This document shows, in pieces, positions 38,537-39,226 of a DNA stretch of 39,226 nucleotides. Each line of letters begins with the position of its first letter. Position 1 is the stretch's first letter. Position numbers and translations under genes: made by a program. The DNA is taken from positions 1 through 39,226 of the forward strand of contig CAVZMH010000011.1 in assembly GCA_963776345.1 (NCBI GenBank), in the 5' to 3' direction. The notes beneath the pieces are model-generated. The model made no database searches and was not told the origin of the DNA. It worked only from the letters and a program-made list of their open reading frames with translations. Source of the stretch: an uncultured delta proteobacterium (GTDB taxonomy: Bacteria > Myxococcota > Myxococcia > Myxococcales > Myxococcaceae).

Positions 38537-39226
38537 ATGATTCCTGCGTCGTTCGACTACCACGCACCCGGCTCCTTGCCGGAGGCGCTGGCGCTGCTCT
38601 CCAAGTACGGAGACGAGGCGAAGGTGCTCTCCGGGGGGCAGAGCCTGCTGCCCCTGCTCAAGCTGCGGCTCGGACAGGCCGGACACCTGATCGACATCGG
38701 GCGCATCCCGGGCCTGGAGTACCTCCGCGAGGAGGGCGGGATGCTCCGCATCGGCGGCCGCACCCGCGAGTCGGCGCTGGAGAGATCCGACCTCATCCGG
38801 ACCCGGTACCCCATCCTCCTCGACACGGCGAAGGTGATCGCCGACCCGCTGGTGCGGAACATGGCGACGATCGGCGGGAACCTGGCCCACGGCGATCCGG
38901 GGAACGACCACCCGGCCACCATGCTCGCGCTCGGGGCGCAGGTGGTGGCCACCGGCCCGAAGGGGGAGCGGGTGATTCCCATCGAGCAGTTCTTCCTCGG
39001 CCTCTTCCGGACCGCGCTCCGTCCGGACGAGGTCCTGACCGAGATCCGCATCCCCGTTCCACCGGCCCGCTCCGGCGGGGCGTACGTCAAGCTGGAGCGG
39101 AAGGTGGGGGACTACGCCACCGCCGCCGCCGCGGTGCAGGTCACGCTCGACGGGAAAGGCGCCTTCGAGCGAGTCGGTCTGGCCCTGACCAACGTCGGGC
39201 CCACGCCGATCAAGGCCACCGATGCC
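38537..39226 (+). CDS. coxM: Second CoxM-like FAD subunit (runs off the window)
   Basis: AGGAGG RBS; MIPASFDYHAP..LSGGQSLLPLLKLR..VRNMATIGGNLAHGDPGNDHPA; absent from the ORF track because it has no stop in the window. Confidence 0.9.
   Translation, partial: MIPASFDYHAPGSLPEALALLSKYGDEAKVLSGGQSLLPLLKLRLGQAGHLIDIGRIPGLEYLREEGGMLRIGGRTRESALERSDLIRTRYPILLDTAKVIADPLVRNMATIGGNLAHGDPGNDHPATMLALGAQVVATGPKGERVIPIEQFFLGLFRTALRPDEVLTEIRIPVPPARSGGAYVKLERKVGDYATAAAAVQVTLDGKGAFERVGLALTNVGPTPIKATDA

Overview
High-GC bacterial DNA, most likely Myxococcota (myxobacterial-type kinases, a MYXO-CTERM-like tail, many lipoproteins). The window has two halves. (1) About 1-16.1 kb is an accessory mosaic of single genes and gene fragments: ArsR/SRPBCC, kinase-TPR, amidohydrolase, lipoproteins, YciI, FMN reductase, dienelactone hydrolase, SnoaL, plus remnants of DabA, Phd and HicA. 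It is punctuated by about 8 same-strand copies of a motif ending ...TTGTTCTTCCTTGGATC, with a sharp 3' boundary and ragged 5' ends, and by three scraps resembling an IS91/ISCR-type (Y2) rolling-circle transposase. I read this as a candidate rolling-circle gene-capture array built from oriIS-like ends; this is inference, and no intact transposase is in the window. (2) About 16.1-39.2 kb looks more core-like: ridA, cupin, prfC, REP-like palindromes, a lipoprotein, an ABC-2 transporter (ATPase frameshifted), patatin, an Rsm22-like methyltransferase, adjacent ImcH-like and CbcL-like multiheme cytochrome genes, a form II-type coxSLM-DE cluster and, divergently, mocA-xdhC(YHS)-coxG plus the start of a second coxM. 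All family calls come from motif recognition by eye; no searches were run.
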